64,000 bases of DNA from Oopsacas minuta (taxonomy: Eukaryota > Animalia > Porifera). The stretch spans positions 163,171 to 227,170 of the forward strand of contig JAKMXF010000325.1 in assembly GCA_024704765.1 (NCBI GenBank), given 5' to 3'. The translations under genes were made by a program, and so were the position numbers. The number at the start of each line of letters is the position of its first letter. Within the stretch, counting starts at the first letter, position 1. Positions 57,960 through 64,000 of the stretch are shown here, piece after piece. The notes under the pieces were generated by a model. It did no database searches, was not told the DNA's origin, and saw only the letters and a list, made by a program, of their open reading frames with translations.

Positions 57960-60545
57960 TCATTCGCAGAAACCAGTTTCTTCAATCCATGGAAGCTTGA
58001 ATTTATTCAATAAATCAGATGCACTTTTCCTATTGTTGGTTCCCAGAGAACAAACAACTATGCTAACCATATCGGAGAAATCAACTGCAGAAAGCGTACC
58101 CAATCGATCATAATTCGATTTTTTCAGGAGTTTGTCCGGATTCGTAAGTGCGTCAGTCATCATTGATCCCAATCCGTTGTCGAAATCCAGCATAAATGCA
58201 GCACTCGCAACAACACATTCCGAGATATCACCTGAAGAACCATCATTAAATGCAGTAGTACCTAAGCTTGAAATAGTCGAGAGATCAGACAGATCCTGAC
58301 ACCAGCCATCACAATAGATCAAATTACCAATTACCTTTTGTCCGAGGTAAGTAGCATAGCCTTCCGAAAACGCAAAATTAGGAGAGATTGGTGATCCATC
58401 ATGGGATCCACTTCCTGTTATAACTGCACCTGTTATATCCATTATTAAATGGCCAAATTCATGCAACAATACAGATTCATCCCACTCATCAGGATCCATA
58501 GCATTACCACCCACTGATATTCCATTTTCATCATAATATGATATCGGATAATTTGTGTCCTTTGCGTACTCCCCATGCTCCCAATTTGCCTTCCATGGAT
58601 AATCTGATGTCTTGCCGCCATATGCAATGTATAGAGGTAGCATACGATCTAAGGTTACCATAATGTTGAATGCTCCAGAACCAGATGACAGAGGAATAGT
58701 GACATGTCTAACCGCTGATTCTTCATTATTCGGGTATATTACGTCATTGGAACGATATATGTGAGTGTCGCCATAGTGATCAGTCACATCGATCTTATTA
58801 TTTGAAGATAGGAATTCAAGATTAAGAGGAGAATCGATATTGTCTGGTTCATAGCTAAAGGAGAATAATCCTCTTTGTGAATTGGTAGCATCTAGTCCAA
58901 CCTGAGATGTCCCATATATGCCTCCAAATGCATCTACTATTCTGACGATTGATCCCAACGGATTCGCACTGGACATAGGCGTAACGTAGCTGATTGTACC
59001 ACTAACTAAGAATTGTTTACAAGTTGTAGTATATCTTAAAACTTCTCTTCCTGAACCAAGACCTCCTGAATCTGCTTCCGAAGGTAAAAACGAACCAGAT
59101 ATTGTTTGAGACATGTCACAGCCGTCACCCTCTATTAATACAACAAAGTTAATTGTATTTGTGACGTCGCAGGCAGAGAAGAGATCAACCCTGATAATGT
59201 ATTCTCCTGAAATAGCTAGCTCATAATAGACATTTTCAGTTTTTCTATGATCAATTTCACAATCCCCATTTGAATCCAGATCAAGAAAACCTCGCTGCAT
59301 ATCTGATGCTCTTTGTCCATAATAGATTTCTTCATTGTTAGGATCCATCACGTGTATATCGAGATCTGCTTCTCTATCCCAAGTTAGTCTAACATGAAGA
59401 GTTCCTGTCTGTGATGTAGAAGTTGTAGTTGTGATCCTTTTTATTTGTCCAAAGTCTCCTTCCATATCCTGCAGACGAAGCAACATTTCTACATGACCTC
59501 CACTTGCTATGGAGCCACTAGGTAGCGTAAGGACGAAAACTATTTGTGAACCTGTCGTTTTATCGGATGCCCTACGTGAATTCGAATTTCGCTTCTGAAG
59601 TGATGCAATTGGAATGATAAAATGCTGTCCAAATCCCTCGAAGCCCACGAGTAGATCACTTGCTAGAGAATTTTCGTCTAGTTCGAACGGTATCTCTACA
59701 CTTTGACCAGTCGTTATAGAGACTTCAAAATTTTCCACTAGTATCAGGTTTAAACTGTTTATGTTCGTAGCGACATTAGATGGAAAACTTCTCATATCAA
59801 CAACACCTTCTTCAATCATAAATGGATTGGTTGGGCCTAATTGGAAGAATATTATAATTCCAGGAATTATTAGAGTGTACTCATCAGTGCTATATACGAC
59901 TATTGGTATTGTATATAATTTTTCATCTGCTACAAGATTTGAAGGAATATTTTCTATTGCCGTCAAAGTAGATCCTTGTATACTGGATGAATTTGAAATC
60001 ACAGTTTCTCCAAAAATTGACGAGTAGTTCACTGTAAAATAAGCTGGATTTCCTGAAACTTCCAAAGAAATCGTTAAATCCATACCAGGATAGATAACTT
60101 GAGGGTAATTAGCGCTAATTAACATCATTTTTGGGTCATTTACTAGCACTGTAATTTCTCCGATACCTCTCCTATTATTTACAGACTTTGCTGTTACAAC
60201 TATGTGGTGTTCTCCATCTTCTAAGCCACTCGTAGATATTTCCAAGTTAGTAGGGAGCATTTTGAATGAATACTTTTGAATTCCATCTAGATAGACGAGA
60301 ACGTTTCCCTCTAATTTTATCCCAGTTGGTAAAGACAAGAGTAGATCAATATAGCCATTCGTAAATTCCTCTCCTGGGTTTGGTGTAGTCAGAATGATGA
60401 CAAAATTACCTGATTCAGATTTCGCTGTACTGCCCTTGGAAGCTGAGACACCAATTGCTATGGCTATAATTAGTACTAATCCAAGCACTGCAATTATTGT
60501 GCATATCGTTGCTATGAGTAGAATTATTTTCATTTTCTTCTCCAT
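57960..60545 (-). CDS. Type II membrane-anchored zincin-like metalloprotease with bacterial-type Ig-like and YfaP/DUF2135-like domains, single exon, 861 aa
   Basis: N-terminal signal anchor; LDG...LEDGEHHIVVTAKS Ig-like domain; LHVRLTWDREADLDIHVMDPNNEEIYY...GFLDLDSNGDC; DPDEWDESVLLHEFGH...GSH...AFSEGYATY. First ATG at 60545. Confidence 0.85.
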   Translation of the reverse strand: MEKKMKIILLIATICTIIAVLGLVLIIAIAIGVSASKGSTAKSESGNFVIILTTPNPGEEFTNGYIDLLLSLPTGIKLEGNVLVYLDGIQKYSFKMLPTNLEISTSGLEDGEHHIVVTAKSVNNRRGIGEITVLVNDPKMMLISANYPQVIYPGMDLTISLEVSGNPAYFTVNYSSIFGETVISNSSSIQGSTLTAIENIPSNLVADEKLYTIPIVVYSTDEYTLIIPGIIIFFQLGPTNPFMIEEGVVDMRSFPSNVATNINSLNLILVENFEVSITTGQSVEIPFELDENSLASDLLVGFEGFGQHFIIPIASLQKRNSNSRRASDKTTGSQIVFVLTLPSGSIASGGHVEMLLRLQDMEGDFGQIKRITTTTSTSQTGTLHVRLTWDREADLDIHVMDPNNEEIYYGQRASDMQRGFLDLDSNGDCEIDHRKTENVYYELAISGEYIIRVDLFSACDVTNTINFVVLIEGDGCDMSQTISGSFLPSEADSGGLGSGREVLRYTTTCKQFLVSGTISYVTPMSSANPLGSIVRIVDAFGGIYGTSQVGLDATNSQRGLFSFSYEPDNIDSPLNLEFLSSNNKIDVTDHYGDTHIYRSNDVIYPNNEESAVRHVTIPLSSGSGAFNIMVTLDRMLPLYIAYGGKTSDYPWKANWEHGEYAKDTNYPISYYDENGISVGGNAMDPDEWDESVLLHEFGHLIMDITGAVITGSGSHDGSPISPNFAFSEGYATYLGQKVIGNLIYCDGWCQDLSDLSTISSLGTTAFNDGSSGDISECVVASAAFMLDFDNGLGSMMTDALTNPDKLLKKSNYDRLGTLSAVDFSDMVSIVVCSLGTNNRKSASDLLNKFKLPWIEETGFCE

Positions 60546-60669
60546 ATTCAACTTTTATTTCTGCCTTTGTTTTGTTACTATAGTGTCATAGCTGTTTATT
60601 AATATAAATAATAATAATTTTGCTACATTTCAATGCATTGGGGACTATACAATACAAGAACATAGCAAG

Positions 60670-61135
60670 CTAATGAATACTGATCCCGCCATTCTCAGTA
60701 CGATTACCCCAGTACAGTAGTTGAAAGTATGATTCTACCTCAATTTTGAAATTTTTTTACTTTATACGCCTAAAAGTAAACAAATATTCACAATATATTG
60801 TTTACAATACCATATTCGGACTCAGCATACTCGAATACCCCAGCATAGTCGTTGTAAGTATGATTCTACATCAATTTTGAAATTTGTTTACTTTATATTC
60901 ATAAAAACAACAATAAATTTACCTTGTATTATTAATCCAAAAGTGTGAAAATCGGATTCAGCATGTTCGATGTATTTAGTGAAGTTTTATTGAATTCTAT
61001 TTACTTCCTTGATAAACACGATAAATACATAGTTATGCGATAATTTCAAAATTGCATACCTTAAATCCTTTCCTTGACAACGGACAAACAAACAAACAGA
61101 CAGACAGACAACAATTGAGATTTAATAATATAGAT
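60670..61135 (+). repeat. Helitron/DINE-like repeat with ~130-bp internal tandem subrepeats and (CAAA)n(CAGA)n tract
   Basis: TATGATTCTAC.TCAATTTTGAAATT occurs at ~60729 and ~60860; microsatellite at ~61085-61110. Confidence 0.55.
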
Positions 61136-62936
61136 ATACTAGTTAGAGGAAATATTTTAATAGGGAGTGGCATCACAATATATATATAACGACGAATCTC
61201 CAATGGCCACTAAGTTATATGATTTGGCTACAATTGTTAATCCAAAGGCGCTGTGATAAGGAAATTTCTTAAATACAAGGAACATCATGAAGACCCCCCA
61301 CAATATGTGAAAATAACCCCAAAATAATATTTCATAGATATTTTCCCCTGATATCAATTACATATAGAGCGCTAAATACAATAATAATGAGATTAGCCGA
61401 TTAGAGGAAAATGAAATTTTCTCCACAATACCAGGAAACACCTTATAGAAATCCATCGAATCACCGAAAAGGGTCTATTCTAGTCACTATAGGCCCTAAT
61501 TCTTCAATCATAATTGAACCCCACACAACTTTCAATGAGGAATTCGAATAAGTTACTTAGAAGAATTCGAGACCTCAGTTAAGGCAGACTAATTTTCAGG
61601 CAAGGGCCTTAAGAATGTGGCTGGTGTTGAAGATCAAATTGTTCACTCACTAACCTTAATGTAGGATATCCCTAGATGAAATCATAATGGATCTTCGCGC
61701 AATGCATTCTCGGATCGAGTGTAAAGCAAAATTCTCATCTGGGACATTTAACAAAGATCCTGACATCAGTAGAATAGATTCTAACGAAATTTGAGGTTAC
61801 TTTATTGTAGATTTTACACCGAAACCGAATACCATAAACACCATACATAAACAACATATTATGAATTTTTCTCCATTTAGATTTATTGGCACCCTTTTGG
61901 CACCCCTGGGCTCGTTTAAATTAAACTAAATTCTGAATATTGAAAACAACATCAATAGTATTAAATCTCAAATGTTGTTTGCCTGTTTATTTGTTCGTTG
62001 AATATCTCGAGGTGCAATGCGCCGAGTTCATCGCGAAGCGGCGAGCCATATACTCAAAAATATACTGGGGGGCAATTGCCCCCCCCAGTTTTCAACATTG
62101 GAAAAACTGAAATTAATTAGTAAACAAGAACGAATATAATTTTTTGGAAATTCTACCCGGATGAAGGCGTATTAGCTAGCATGGAATTACGCGCTTCTTC
62201 TGCATCATCCACCTTTCCAACACATTATTAAAATTGATTGCTTTCACAATTTCTCTATTCAAGGAAATTGTCATCAAATCACTTGCTCCAGTGCTATCAA
62301 GACTAGATCTAGCCCAACTTAATATTCTATTAATAACATTAAAGCTTATGTCGACTGTTGCAGTGCTAACAGGTGTGGTTTTGGAGATCATAATTAACTT
62401 CTTTAATTGAGGGTAAATGTATCTAGTATGTGTACTGTGTAGTATTCTACGTGTATAATGAAATCAAAAACTAGCTCTGATAAGTTCAATTTTGCCCCCC
62501 AGTACTTTTTGAAGAATCGGCCACTGGTATATGGATTCGTATTCTAAAATATCTCAATTTCCTATGAGAAATTTTTGAATATCTGACTTTACGCATCATA
62601 CTGAGAAATGATTATGGATAGCTTAATTCTACTAATGAGTTTAAGTTAGTATAGTAATATTCAAACCCAAGATGGGCTTAATTATATTTGGTTAGATAGC
62701 AATTTTCCGATAGTGATCCTACCCAGGTATAGGAATCAAACAAGATTAAATTTGAGAAAATTATCCTTGATTGAGTTACAAATTTCACTTGGTTACCAAT
62801 GTTGTCCCAATTAAAGCCGAGATTACTTACAAAATCCACATAGCAGCTCCAGTATTACCACAGAAGGCATTAAATATTTTTGGTTGGCACATGGATAATA
62901 AAAATTATTATTTCTACTACTTTTTAACTCTACCGA

Positions 62937-63140
62937 GTAGCGGATATACTCGGCTCCGGCCGAAATTTGGTACTTTTTCCTGGCACCGGCAAAAAATTGT
63001 GCCTCTGGTCGATCCCTAGTTGTACTTGAGGAACTAGGGATCGACTGGAGCCTCGGCCCTGATCCCGGCCGAAAAGTGGTACTTTTTTCCGGTCCCGGTC
63101 CCGGTCCCGGCCAAAATTGTGCCCCCAGTCGATCCGCGTA
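62937..63140. mobile_element. Two adjacent short hAT-like MITE copies (TIR TAGGGATCGAC)
   Basis: GTCGATCCCTAGTT...AACTAGGGATCGAC junction; duplicated internal CGGCCGAAA..TGGTACTTTTT..C...AAAATTGTGCC. Confidence 0.55.
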
Positions 63141-64000
63141 GCAACTACAGGCACTAAGAAAATTAGCTATTTCATACTCTTTAGTTACATCAGAAACACA
63201 AAGCTGTCGCGCAGCGACCTCCAGCGAAGTTCGCTTGTCATCGATTAAAATTGATATAATTAACTAATTCGATAATAACGTTTTTAGTAATGAGGATCGC
63301 TGATGGTTGACCATAACTGGCTCGGCTCGGACTATTTATAGCCAGGCCGGACAAGTTATGGCATGACAGGCCGAGCTGCCGAGGTTCGTGAAACTAGAGT
63401 CAGCTAGCCTAGCGGCGTCGAATAAGGGATGACTCGATGGGGTTATGAGAAATTTTGAGTATGGAATGTTGCCGCATTGCTGAGACATTCCAGTTATTGC
63501 TAGGAAAAAGTTCATTTGGCCTTCGAATTAAATATTGTGATAAACTACACAATGTAATAAATATGAATATATTTGGTCAAAAGGTTCGATAAAATACCTC
63601 TATATTCCTGGGAATGAGATTCGAAAATATTTTCAAAAACTGTGTTCTCTGCAAAAAGAATTTTAAACCTTTATATACTAAATTACCTTACTGTATATTG
63701 GCCATGTTATAATTATAGAATTGCAATTAGTCCGTTAATTTAAAGTACTACCTAGTTCTTTCAGTTTTAATAGAGCATATTTTATTGCGATGGAGGAGGA
63801 TGATGTTTCCCCATTACGCGTACTCAATATGTAAATTAAGTTATGTATCCTAAATAAATTGTACCATCATCACTTACCAGGACAGTAATTCTTTACTGAA
63901 GTAATGATATCTCCTTTTGGTTATTTAGATAATTTATTATCTAACATATTTTAAGTGTTACTATTGTATCACTAGAGATTTGATCTGAGCAACCATGCAG

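Overview
AT-rich nuclear DNA from a eukaryote, most likely an animal; it is not prokaryotic, since it has spliceosomal GT-AG introns and eukaryote-specific genes. The compact, mostly single-exon genes and decayed NHL-repeat family copies suggest a sponge, possibly a glass sponge such as Oopsacas. That assignment is inference from gene style only. Seven conserved single-exon genes lie on the minus strand: CCT8, AP-1 sigma, a TMC channel, MacroD, PSMD5, cytochrome b5 and ZSWIM7. The plus strand carries a frameshifted NmrA-like gene, a 4-exon proteinase K-like subtilase and a frameshifted multi-exon 14-3-3 paralogue. The window is rich in DNA transposons: a dead Tc1-like DD37E element, a Merlin/IS1595-type element with identical 408-bp TIRs, a decayed Ginger1-type element (intron-containing Gypsy-like integrase plus OTU remnant) with a related MITE, and many hAT-, pogo/Tigger- and Helitron-like non-autonomous elements. 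The most notable items are (1) an intronless 861-aa membrane-anchored protein built from bacterial-type Ig-like, YfaP/DUF2135-like and HEXXH metalloprotease modules (HGT candidate), (2) splice-acceptor-like sites just upstream of almost every start codon (possible SL trans-splicing), and (3) a near-perfect 300-bp inverted repeat upstream of MacroD. Several frameshifts fall in homopolymer runs and may be assembly errors. No rRNA, tRNA or CRISPR array is supported.
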